Shown: piece after piece, positions 38,458 through 50,900 of the stretch
How positions within the stretch are numbered: the first letter of the stretch is position 1
Layout: the number at the start of each line of letters is the position of its first letter
Origin: Haplodiscus bocki
Taxonomy: Eukaryota
Reading direction: 5' to 3'
DNA: 64,000 bases
Assembly: GCA_965655095.1 (NCBI GenBank)
Contig: OZ296655.1
Coordinates: 81,344,001 to 81,408,000, forward strand
Program-made: the position numbers and the translations under genes
The notes under the pieces: model-generated
Database searches by the model: none
Told to the model about the DNA's origin: nothing
Seen by the model: only the letters and a program-made list of their open reading frames with translations

Positions 38458-40016
38458 CCCAGTGATCGAAGCCATGCTAGGCTTGCCATGGTGTAGAAAA
38501 ATCATGGCAGGCTTTCCATGATCCATGGAACAATGCAGCCTTTCCATGATCTTGGCATGATCATGGAGAGCTCTCTATTGGTCATCATGTTCCATGACAC
38601 GCATTCCATGACTTGTAATGGGGCGTGAAAAAGCTGCCATGTCAAAACTTTTCGAAGTGTATCAACAAAATTTAGGTCTTTTTAACGAAAATTAGGAATA
38701 CTTATTTAGGAGTTTATGGTGCTTGTTCACCGATGTAACTCTCTTGATAAAAAGTTCCATTCGACCTGTTTTCCTATAAAAAAAAGTGTCCTTGTCGGAT
38801 GTCGGTCAGAATTGTAATTATTGATGAGGGAATCCAAACGAGGTCCTATTACTCAATGTTACTTCAAATTTCAAATGGGAACAACACTTTCAATGGCTTT
38901 ATTTGTTTGCAAATTTTGTAATATTGGAGCAGGAAAGTTCAAATACTCCTGCGGAAGAGTGACCGTGGTACAACGAATGTGGTTCGGAAGCTTTTTGTTA
39001 CGGTTCGCTAGAAAATACTTGATCTGTTTGGAGAAGCCGCACAAGTGTATGTATGTGTTCACTCCTTTAGGCATATTCCAGAACAGGTCAATTTTTGTCT
39101 GCAAGACTTCAATTGATTATGTTTTTTGAGTTAGATAGTTCTGCTTCAAGTATATCGAACCAGATCACTGTCTATTATGTCAGCTAGCCCTTCGAACGTG
39201 CGTATTGCTATCCACTGTGACCTTCTTGTTCCTCATTGTCTCGCTTTTTTGGTGCAAAATGTTTTTTTCTGCTGTGATCTTGTAGTCAATTTTGAGCATC
39301 ATTAGGCTTCTTGGGATGACGGAGTTTTCTATGATAATATTTTTGGTGGAGTTAGTTTACCATAGTTTAAACCCTCCATGCTGCTGAATTCGTTCAGAGG
39401 GCAGAACAAAACGTCATTTCATCGTTTTGAGTTAAACCGTTCTACATTTCTCTGCGTAGTTAACCTCTTATGATTTGAATAGCATGGAATTTTTCCTTTC
39501 TTGTTGCACTTTCTTCTGAGTCTGAATTGCAATTCAGTTCCATTTTCAAATGTGAACGATATTTTAGTTGACTTTGTTGTTTTGCAAGTTTTGAATTATT
39601 TGATAATGTTGACAGTTGTATGAAAGTGTGGGGAAAAGGAAGAAACTGCGTTTTTATGCTTCATTGAAATTTTTGGTGCAAAAGGTTGTAATGATTGTCT
39701 TTATGTATAAAACTTATTTTAGTTCTTTTAGTGTCTTTTTAATTAACTCCTTGCATTTCCAGGTTTCTGAGCCCCAAGTTAGTAAGTTAAAGAAATGAGA
39801 ACTTAGGTCACGAAAAGCGCGAAAATTTTACTTAAACCATTGGTGTTATCATTGATTCCTTGCCATGATCATGATTTTCTATAGCAGGGTTGCCATGGTC
39901 CATGGCATGCTCGCCATGGAACATGCCAGCCTTGGCATGGCTGTGCATGATCATGGCTAGCCTTGTCATGATCTTGCCAAGATCATGGCAAGCCTGGCAT
40001 GGCTTCGATCTCCGGG
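38458..40016. mobile_element. TIR element (1559 bp), CCC...GGG termini, TA TSD, CATG-rich subterminal repeats
   Basis: CCCAGTGATCGAAGCCATGCTAGGCTTGCCATG vs reverse complement CCCGGAGATCGAAGCCATGCCAGGCTTGCCATG; TA on both flanks. Confidence 0.9.
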
Positions 40017-41859
40017 TACCCACGCCGAATCAATTGTTAGCAAATAATAGTTAAACGGTCAAAGCGTCTAGAAAATATCAAATATGAACACCCCTTTGCA
40101 ATAGCAGTGATGGAGTCAATAAAGGTGCGAGATTTTTTACGTTTTCTATATTCCCTTGACATCTTGAACAAACTTCTGCTGCAGCAGTGAAAACATTCAA
40201 AATACATGTATGCTAGATGTCGGATTTTTTCACGTTTTTTTAAAAAATAAATTAGCTACATGCATGCATGCATTTTGCATGCTTTGCCTGCAGGTTTGAC
40301 TAGGGTACTTGCAAAAATTTCCGAAACTTGAAAAAAGTGAAAAATTTTTGTAAAACATTTTTAAAATTTTTAGAAAAACCTGTAAAAATCTTGAAAACTT
40401 TCACAAAAAAACTAACGAATTTGGTTGAAAATTGCTTCAAAAGACAGTAACTGTTTTTGTCACTTTGTGCTGCTAAAACATAGGGTGGGACCTTGCACGT
40501 TTTGTTATACTTGAAAACTTTGCTAAGTCTGTAGGTTTAAGCTATATCAGTATTTTGTATATTTCGTAGAGCAGTTTTTTACAGCCACCAAAAAATTTTC
40601 TGACTTTCAGCAAAAACTGTTAGTTAAAAGTAATTACAAAAACTTATGAGAAGTTTTCTACGTTGCATAGAAAATGCATATTTTTTTCGCAAACTGAATC
40701 GAAAATTTCTCTAGAAACTTTATTGTTGCAGTCATTCTGCAGTGCTTGTAAAATTTTAGATGTATTTTCTAAAATTTTGAAAAAAGCATGCCACATCAAA
40801 AATCTTCCACAACCTGCAAGCAGCTTCAATGACAGTTGCCTCAGTGCGTGCAGCGAAACTCCTGTTACTTGAGGAAAGTTACTGCTACTCCTTCTCTGCT
40901 AGGCGCAGTTTTGACTTTAAGCCTGTTTTTATGTTGTCCATTTCTAATCTCCCATTCTATGTTATAATAAAACAGTTATTTTTGATGCAAATCTCAACAA
41001 AAAGAATTAGAGGAGTATAAAAACAAGTTGAGTTTATAATGAAGGACGTTCAGGAACTTACAAAAATTGTAAATTGTGCTTCAATTGTTAAAATTTACGG
41101 AACTTTGGGTCCTTCTGTTTCCATGTGTGGGGTATTTTTAACCATCTTCCGTCTTCTTCGCGTAGTTTTCGAAAGGTGGATGAGCCAATCTTTATAACAG
41201 CTTTTACAGTAATCAACAAAAGGTATGCAATTACTTACTTCTTACTAAATTGTAAGTACCTGTCTAGATTAATCACTAGATGTCTGAATTGTCTATGTTT
41301 CATGAATTATTTGCCTGCGCTAATTAATGCACCATGCAAAATTTTCATGCAAGATCAAGTAGGGTAACTGAGCCTGGCATGAGTGGAAAATGTTGGTTTG
41401 AAGTTAAGCAACAACTCTGCTGCCTCGCTGAAAGTTTTGAAAAAGCTGATTGCCTTTAGGGAGAAGTTTCTGAAACATTCTTGAGTTTTTGAATGGAGCT
41501 TCGTGCAAAAATTGAAAAAATGAAATCTTTCAAGAAAAAAAGCGTGTAGTATTAAATGGTACCTGTTTGAATCATTTTCAAAAAGTATACACAGTAAACC
41601 CAGAAGGTATCTTTCAAAGATTGGATGAAACTTCCGAAAGATGCCAAATTTGTAATTTTTGAAGGAATACTGTTGTTATAAACATTGGATTGCCTCAAGA
41701 ATTACTTGTTTTTGCATCTTTTTGGATCTTTCTAACTAATTTTTTGTCGAACTTTTGCATAATCGTTTTCGAGCAAACACTGCGTTGATTTCTAACCTTA
41801 ACCCTAACCCCAAAAATCCTTTTTTTTCCACGAAAAATTTATATGCCTTCAATTACCTA

Positions 41860-42623
41860 CCCGGGTTGACAGCCATGGTCGAACATGACGATCATGTTAT
41901 GATATGGTATGATCATGGTGATTCATACTCGCCATGGTATGATCATGGTAAAATCAGGGCATGGTCATCATGAAATATAGCATGATCATGGCATGGCGGT
42001 TATGGAAAATAGCATGATCATGCCATGGTGACCATGGTCATTATTATAACGTAGTCAGGACTCTGATTATCCAACCAACTTTGCTAAATAGTAAGCCGGT
42101 GGTAGTCCGTTTCTTTTTAAAATGGAAGATGTTGGACGCACCCATTAGAAACTACCTGAAAGACGTTTAATAATATGGATTTCTCTCCCAAAATGTCGAA
42201 ATTACCAAAAATAACAAGAAGCTGTGATATGTATGTTATATTGAAACTGTATTTTAATAAGAACTTGATGCTTGGTGATTACTGGAGAAAATACAAGTCT
42301 TTCTGGAGTACTCTTCGTATAATTTTGCTGACTCGCCATTTTGCAGGAGTAGATGCCTCTAAAGTCCGTCAAGTGAGCCATATAATGGTATTGCAGGAAC
42401 AATCCATTTTTTTTCAGAAAAAAAATGGAAAGCATGATGATCATACCATCATCATGTTATGAACCGTGGAAAACATGGTAATCATGCCATGATCATGCCA
42501 TGAACCATGACGACCATTCCAAGAAACATGGACGCCATGCCGTCATCATGGCATGATCATGACCACGTTTTGCCATGATCATGGTATGATCATGGCATGG
42601 CAGTCATGTTTTTCCAGCCCGGG
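41860..42623. mobile_element. MITE (764 bp), CCCGGG termini, TA TSD, CATG/ATCATG subterminal arrays
   Basis: TA-CCCGGGTTG ... CAGCCCGGG-TA; ATCATGG/CCATGAT arrays at 41870-42045 and 42430-42610. Confidence 0.85.
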
Positions 42624-44491
42624 TAGTTTCAAAACCTTTTCGAAATGGACGGAAAATAACATCTGAATACAAACATTAACTAATTTTTATTGCAGCTATT
42701 CTGTCGTTATTAACGGTAGTGCTCTCAATAAGAGGCATAAAGTGCCGAGTCTTGAATAGAGTCCGAACTCAGCCTCCGCTGTCGAGTTTCTTTTCTCTGT
42801 CTGTCTCGTTCGACCAATTGCAAGAAAGCTTCACTTCGGTGGTTATTTTTGTTGTGAGTTGTGATTTGCTGGTTTGTGTTTGTCGGGTTTCGCTTCGAAG
42901 TTGTTTGAATAGACGGATGTGATAATGAATGAGTTAGTACTTGTTGACCCGAACTCCCCATCTGTTCATCCGCTCCTCGTGTTTTCTGGAAAAAAAGAAA
43001 AAGTGATAATTTTTTCTCAGAAAAAAAGGGAAAGACGATAAACTATTATTACAAATGACGGGGCAGTTCGACCAAGCTCAGAAAATTTTCCGAGTCGAGA
43101 ACCATACAAAAAACAGGACAAAAATAGTGAGTCATTTATGGTAATGACAAGTTACATGAATATCATAAACTGGTGTAACGTTTCAAAGCATTTTAAAAGC
43201 ATTTTATGAACCTATTCGGTGGCCGAGATTTACTTCAAAATCGAAACACGTAAATATTCAACACTAATTGCTCACAAACAAGGTAAGACAATTGATGGTC
43301 AATTGACATCAATCAAACCTAGTTGTGCAAAACACATTGATTCAATTGATATCTTTTGATATCAGTCGTCATTTGATTTGATTCCATTTTCTTCCATTTG
43401 ATTTGAGTTGTCACTTGGAATGAGTTATCGACTGAAATCATTTGTCTCAGTAGGGAGCCAGGATCTTTACCCTCGGCCAATTCAACCAAACAGCCCAATT
43501 TAAATACAACTGGTTAAACCATGAGAAGCCAGAGCCCTCAGAGAAACTTTTTCCGCGTGTCGAATAAAGCAAGAATGTCAGATATATAAAAATGATTTCA
43601 GACATAGAACTTTAAGGAATGAAGAAATTGGATAAAACGAAAATATAAAATATGATGTGATAGTTTTACAAATTTAAAATAATTTTTGTTCACTAAAATA
43701 TCAGTATTTCCCTGACACCCAGAAAACTTGCGTTCGCCACTATACTTCAAAATAAAGAAGTTTTTTTCCGGCGTTGAAATGATTTTCGGAAATTGAAAAA
43801 GTCGAACGATTTTTTATTGACTTCAAAGTTTTGCAAGTATGCAAAGGCGTAACAAGACGACCCAATAACACCACCCAATTATTAAGATGTTTCGCCTGTC
43901 ATGCTTGATGATGAACTTCTGTGAAAAAATTTTTTAAAATGAATGCCACAAAGTTTCTTGAATCTAGTTTTCAGACAAATTCCTCAAATAGAATATCCGC
44001 TAAAACTTCATGCAGTTCCTGGAATCATCGAGTTATCAGCACTCCTAGGCAAAATGAAAACCCCGGTGTCTTTTTCTGATTAAACTCCAAAAACAAAAAA
44101 AAACTGTCCGTTTAGACATTCATTCTGGAAAGGCAGCCGTTGGTTTTGGATAATGTTTGGTTTGAGAATACAAAAAAAAACACGACAAATTAGGCCCTTT
44201 GCCACTTTCGGTCTAAGCTATTCACCATGCAAGCAACGTATTTTGTAAAATATTTACCGAGTAACACTTTACATAAAATTGGTTTTTGAGTCTCCGATGA
44301 AAGTAATCCACCCATTAGCTTTGGAAAAATCTAAGTTGGAATTTCGATAAAAGTCAATACTTTTTTGCTTTCCAGCAATTTTAGTTCATCAGCTTTCCAA
44401 TGCATAGAAACAAATTCTGATTTTTTTGTAAACATCCAATAGTAGAAAAATTTTCGTTAAAGAACTGGGTGAAATGATTTTGTTGTGTCGT

Positions 44492-46168
44492 TGTGATGAG
44501 TGTTCGCTTGCCGGTCATAATTGGGTCCTAACGCCTGAAAGTCGCCATCCTCGAAGTTTTCAATATCACGAGTATCAATAATTCTGTCCTGATCATTGTT
44601 TAGATCTAATCGACTATAGGCCGACTTCAGTGGAGCGTTTTCTGTGTTCCCTAAGAAAAACCTTTTATCGGAGCTTTAGACTGCAGTATTCGTACCACAT
44701 CCTGATGAATCAGTGATTGATCTCACGGCCATCTCATCTAGTGGATTAAGTACAATGTACATTGTTGTCAAAATTGCTTCATGAATGCAATTTTCGACAG
44801 TCTTCACTGCATTGTCTACCACTTGTAATACATTTGTCATCAATAGTGTTTCCTATGACCTGATTTTGACATTCACTTATGTTAGCATCAACAACTTTCT
44901 CCTTCTCTCTCTTTGTCTATATATATATATATATTTTCATACCGACCATTAGTTTGGCGTTCCAAAGTTTCATTTTCTAAAACACCTACGCTGGTTTTGC
45001 TACCAATGAGAAGATCGTTCAAAGTCCAATTTGATTGATAATGCTGCCGTTTCTATTGGTTTCTTTTTTGCTTGTGGAGAACAATTCTTGTGTGAATACT
45101 TAATTTGGGTTCAGAACGTAAATCAAAATGTGGGGTCAACACTTGTATTAAAAAACCAAAGGTACTGGTATTAATTAAATGAGAAGGTGTTTTTGCAATC
45201 GTACAAAAAGATTTTTTCAACGAATTAGCGGTAACTATAGGCTGAAAATGTTTTCTCAACTGGTCGGTGGAAAAGTTTTCTTAATTGTGTCTCCCAATTA
45301 TCCATCTGGTCAGGTTTCCCTGTGGAAAAAATGATTATCTTCATTTTCATCCGTTGTCCAATTAGATTTTCTTTGAGTAGTCGTAATTTGCCGGGTTCGA
45401 GACTGAAATGATAACATCAAAAAGGAAATTACCGCTTTATCATGACGTCACCTTTACGCAGTTCTAATATTTCCGGTAATATTCTAAATAAAAATAACGA
45501 AAGAATAAAAATACCGCTATTGCATGACTATCAAAATAAACGAATAAAAGTAACTGCCATGTTGATAAAATATCTGGATAAAAGAGTTTCATGTGATTTT
45601 ACTTTCTTGCAGAGGTGAAATGAGTAAATGAAAAAGTGTCACAGTATATTTCATTTGACATACTTACGACATACCACTAATTCAACTTGAGTGGACGCGG
45701 TAATGATTTATGTCAGAAAAAGGAGTTAGACGTACATTTGACGTTAGTCGTCAAGGACTTTTTATTAATTCTCAATTTCAATAGATATAAAGGGAAACAC
45801 TTTTACATAGGTTAAACAGTTAAAAAAATGAAAACTATTCTATTGTTGAAATTATTATGTAAACAAAGCTTGTTTTTTTAAATGTACTGGAATCATCTTT
45901 TTCGCTGCCACTTCTTCGCGTCAGTTTCTTGGTTATTGACGCGCTTTTGACACAAATTCCGAGTGGCAGTGCGGCGAAGAGAGTAAAACCTTGGCTGCCG
46001 TCAGCTACGTCGAAATCACGTGAAAAACACTTTTTTGATGCAAAAATTCAAAACGCTCGTTTTCCCGTCAATGGCTGGTCACAGTAGCGTTAGTCAAACA
46101 GAATTTGACAAAGCAAGACTCAAAATGGCAAATTATTGTCACACTAATTTCGTTCCCTTCTTTGTGAT
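44492..46168 (-). repeat. 3' LTR of element B (may extend to about 46370)
   Basis: Ends ...CTCATCACA on the minus strand; aligns with 57795-59488. Confidence 0.8.
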
Positions 46169-46305
46169 AAAGTGCGCTTCTTTTTTTTTGATGTTTGTAT
46201 GGATTTACATCAGAAATAAATCATAGCATATAAAAATCATAGCCTCGTAAATTATTAAACATTCGTATAAGTACATAAGGGGATAAAAAAATAATTGTAA
46301 AAGTA

Positions 46306-46313
<8 letters not shown>

Positions 46314-46355
<42 letters not shown>
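46314..46355. repeat. (TA)n microsatellite
   Basis: Uninterrupted TA run. Confidence 0.95.
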
Positions 46356-46359
<4 letters not shown>

Positions 46360-46399
46360 ATAAATAATTATATACATATGAAATTGTCTTCTTTACTAT

Positions 46400-47990
46400 A
46401 CCTTACTTCTAGTGTTGGAAGCGTAGTAAAATTTTTCTTTGTGGATCCTGGGCTGATTTTCTGTTGCTGGTATGGTACATGACGCCGTCAAAAGCGGCAG
46501 CTTGTGACATTCCCAATGGTATGATAGTTATTGCGCCGCTCTGTAGGCCAGCCAGGTAAGCTTACGTTTTCATTTGTCTTTGCCGACTTGTTTATCACGA
46601 CTCGGCCGTGCGTTTTAGACTACCAGCAGTCGTTTCCTCAAGGATCTGTTAGTGGCACTCGCCACATACAATGCATCCTGAGGTTCACGTGTCCTTTCCA
46701 TAATGAGCATGTAGTGACAATACTTCGTTTTCCCGCATAACTGAAATGATATGGAGTAGTTCAGGATTGTTGGGCGTGGGTGTGTATCAGAAAGGTCAAC
46801 CGGCTTGAATATTTTTGTTGGCCCTTTGATGGATGGCGTCGGAGATTGTGGTGAATCTCTAGTTGGCAATGACGATCGGAGTTCAAAAGGCTGGGCCCGG
46901 ATTGGAAGTAGTAATTCGTTGATGCCGATGAGACATTATGTGTTTGTTTGCTCAGTTGCGAATCGGTTGCGGCTGATGGGGATAATGTGGGCATGTTGAA
47001 TTCATAAGTAGGGATTGTGACGTGAGCTACGTCGGCCGAGTCATTCGGGTGGATCACAAATTGGTTTAGCCATTGAGGATCAACGTCTTTTGTCACCTCT
47101 TGGTCGGACAATGGATATTGTTTTTCGATGTCTTCGTTGGTTGATTGATAGATCGGTTCTGTTTGCATCAAGTTGTCTTCGTGCATCAAAAACTGGCTTG
47201 TAGTTTATTCAACTGCTTTCAATTTCAATTGTTTGGGAGCCGTTTTCGAAATTTATTAAGTTTTCGTGAAAGGGTTGGAAGAATATTATCGAGTTTGATG
47301 TGAGCAGGAAAGAAGTTGACTGAAAAGCGTTTGGAAAGGGTGGGAAAAAGGTTGGACGACGCCGAACTTCTGTCCCTTTCCAGAAAAGCGGCATATGCTT
47401 TTGATATGATTCGCGAGTATTAAAAATCAATGGTAAAGATTGATGAGAGGATGAATGTGGGTGGCGTTGTGAGCGTTGTTTTTTAATATGAAGTAATCGT
47501 GGAGATTGTTATCTAGTTTTTTTGATGAGTAATGTAACTAAAAGGGAGCAGTTTTGAGTGATCCTAATGGTGTTGATAGGTAATTGAGATTTATCCAATC
47601 AGATGGTTGGTATGTCTTCCGTTTTAAATCAAGGTTCAATAAAGCAGGAAAAATGAGTGAAAAGAATATTGTAGTTCAATGAATGAGCAATGTGACATGA
47701 TAATGCTTTAGATGTAGGTGATTGATGGGGAAATTTAAGTCAGTTCCGGCAGAAGTTTACATTACTTGATGTAGATAAGTATGTACTTGTATGTTTAGGT
47801 CGGAGAACAGGAATACCACTTAGTTTGGACGTGAATTCATTTTGTACAGCCACGAAATCCACATTTTGTACATTTATTTGTCTCAATTTTTAATTCTAAC
47901 ATGCTTTTGGAAAAAAGCATCAAGAACTACTCTATCAGTGAAGTTCTTCCATTTTTTCTTTCACTTTGTAAACCCCACGTTTCACATTCA
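46400..47990 (-). pseudogene. Accessory ORF region of element B downstream of pol
   Basis: ORFs 47209-47430, 46761-47189 and 46615-46869 (Ser/Thr/Pro/Gln-rich) lie between pol and the 3' LTR. Confidence 0.4.
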
Positions 47991-47999
47991 TCTGATTAT

Positions 48000-50900
48000 A
48001 AACTTATTTCTGAAATGAGATTTCTATGAGAATGAGCGAATTTGCAGGTAACTTACCACAAACTTTCATAGGTTTTCGCTGTTTAGAGAAGATTTCCATT
48101 ACGCAAGAGAAGAATCAAACTAAAGAGGATCAGCAACTAGTATTTTCTCTTGCAAGTGCAGTTTCTGAAATGATCGAGATCCCGGAGTGTGATAAATTAC
48201 CTGTTGAGACTATGCCAGTATTACGAAGTGCTCAGCCTGGAAATACCATTGGCAAAACATTGCGTAACACGAAGGTTGATCGAGTGGGTTCTGCGCAAAG
48301 TAGTGGGTATTCTGATGTGAATGCCTACTGTGAGGACAAGTTGTGGTCTCTGAGTGAGGGTGAGTTGCAAATTATAGTCGAAGTGGGTGGAGAGTCTATC
48401 GCACAATTTCTTTGTGGGCAGATTAGTAGTAGTGGAGCTGCGATGGTTGTCCAGGGTTGAAGTGAGGAAGTTTTTGGAATGAGGAGCTCGTGTGCAATTC
48501 AGTTCGACAACAGTGAGAACTTTGATTGAAACTAGTAATGCAATTTCTGTCGGCATAGGCCCTAGTGAATCCCCCGGGAAACGTTTTGCTGTTGTGACTA
48601 TTAGAACTGTTGAAGAAGAGGAAGTTCTTTCTGGAGAACCGTTGTGTGAGGAGAGTAGGAAATCCAAAAATGATGAATATAGTAGTTTAGCAACCTCGAC
48701 TGGAGGCCTGACGACTGAAATTGAACTTTCTTTTTTGCCTATGGTATGGCAAGGTACATTTACTTGTCGTGTTGGCAAGTCTTTAAGGAGTGGTGCATCT
48801 TTGGATTGCGAATGACCTCCGAGGGAATAGCTGAGTGTTCACGGTATTTTGCCACAGCGAAGCTAGTTTTATCCGAGCCAGTCCACCAAAACAATTCTGA
48901 AAGACTTCTTTGGTTTAAATCCTGTCACAGTAATTGAAAATGGCCACACAACAAAGCCTCAGTGTGGATCAGGTGTTTCAGTTTCCTCGAGTCGTTGGAT
49001 CGGAATTTACTTTGGCTTCGTTTGGATTTCTTGATGATTTTTTGTCTCGTGCTCGTGGGAGTGGTTCTGTTGACTTTGGTTGACTTTTCAGAAAATCACC
49101 TTCTTCCAGTGTGATAGGCACGGCTGTTGGGGATAGTGTTCGGTCTCAGTCACGGTAATCCTTGCATACTGTGACTAGTTTGACGGTAACTTCTGGTAGT
49201 GAGATCTACGCCAATTCTCGTCAAAAGATTGTCAATGAGTCAAATTTTTCTTCATTATCTGGAATTGCTGAAGAGGTCGACCCAGAAGACATGCCACCCG
49301 CTGTTTTGTCTAAGCAGGAATGTTTGAGGAATGCTACAGGGAAAAAGAAGGCGGTTGATCAGTGTAGGTTATCTCGTGAGGGGAGACTGAACCCGATGTC
49401 TAGATGTGGTGGTGATGAGGAGGGGAAGGTTTGGGTCTCCGCCGAGGAAAACGTGCAAAGAGTTCAAAGGACAAAGGTGTTTGCAACGGGGCCAGAAGAT
49501 CCAATGCACAACCGACACAAGTTTCATTGCATGTTTCGCCGTGTCAATGTGTCGATGAGAGCCCGTGGCAATTATGAGATTAAACATCCCTACGAGAGTC
49601 TTAACCATTTGCTCCAATATCAGCGTTACAGAGAGAATATACTGTACGCTTGCTGTGAGGGGGAAGGACGCCAAAGATTTACATGGAGTACGGTCTATTG
49701 CAGAGAGTGAGCTTTCTGTGGACTGTGAGATCCTCAAAAGGAACATAAATGGCTTTTTCATTATGATGGGATAGAGTGGAAGCCGTTTCTGTTCACTAGC
49801 AATGACGACCGTGTTCGCAGCCAGAATGAGCTGCTGACAACATTTCTGAAGGTTGGAGGCCAATGGTGTAGAAGATTTTTGGAATGAAGTCGGGATACTG
49901 ACTGGCAATTCAGCTGAGACGTCTGAAATCAATTGGAGTCACAAACATATCAGTATAAGCAGTTGGATATTGGATTATACTGTGACATTTTTTTGACATG
50001 CTAGCTATAATAGGCGCGTTAGTTTGAGCGTGTCTGTCATGAAATAGTTTTTAAGTGGCTTCGAAAAATTGCCATATTATGAGAACATAGGCATTGTTGA
50101 TCTGATATCAATTGTAAATCGTAATTATACGTTTTGACCGTGTTGTTGTATTGCAGTAATCAGTTTTTTGTGCGATTGCTGGGGCATTTGAAAGTAATGA
50201 TGAATAAATTTTGTTTTACATCACTGGAGTTTCAGACAGAAAGGAGAAACCGAAAAGTGAGCGTTGGTTTGTGGAAGGGAAACTGACTGTTGGAAGTGTG
50301 CTTGACGCGTTGCGGGCGGGATATTCCTGAAGTCAGTTGACTACGTTTGGCAATGATCTGCGAGCTGTGTCGGAAAAACCCCAGAGTGTGTGCTGTGGCA
50401 GCGTTACTGATGATGTCTTAAAAACGCTATACAGAGAGCCTGCCAGTGAAATTCGGTTACACTATCCTTTTGCCATACATGTTCTGCAGCTTGAGAAACT
50501 GTTTAGGAAAACTAGTTAAAGCGTTAAAGCTCGGATCGACATGATTGCTCCGGTGAAATCATTGTTACCCCGATTAGTGGATTTTCTGTATCCGAAGTGG
50601 TTGCAAATACTCGTTATCTGCACACAGTTCGTAAATTTGTTGTCAGAAGTGTGAAGTGTGACGTGAGTTTGGTATTGAGTGAATTGTGTTGAAAAGCTGT
50701 TGAAGCTGAACGTTAGGATCCTAGCAATATACATTTGCTCGTGGAAGAGTTCAGTCAGCAGTGGGCGGCTGAAGGTTTGTAGCTACATCGAGGCGACGAG
50801 TCACAGACAAGATTTCCAGAACATGAAAGGCCATTTCAGTCGATATCGAGAGAAAATTCTTTCGGAAAGTCTAGGTTTCCTAAGTATTTGATGACTTGGT

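Noticed and set aside
41792-41810. Telomere-like CTAACCTTAACCCTAACCC
   Set aside because: Only about three imperfect units; the similar motif at 52470 simply encodes PNLNP in pol.
41870-42610. CATG-rich arrays as a CRISPR array
   Set aside because: No constant repeat with unique spacers and no cas genes; these are MITE subterminal repeats in eukaryotic DNA.
43211-43496. Possible small MITE with TGGCCGAG inverted motifs
   Set aside because: Inverted match is too short and degenerate to call.
44700-44730. CTGATGA hammerhead core
   Set aside because: No flanking stems or GAAA partner; the paralogous LTR has CTGTTGA.
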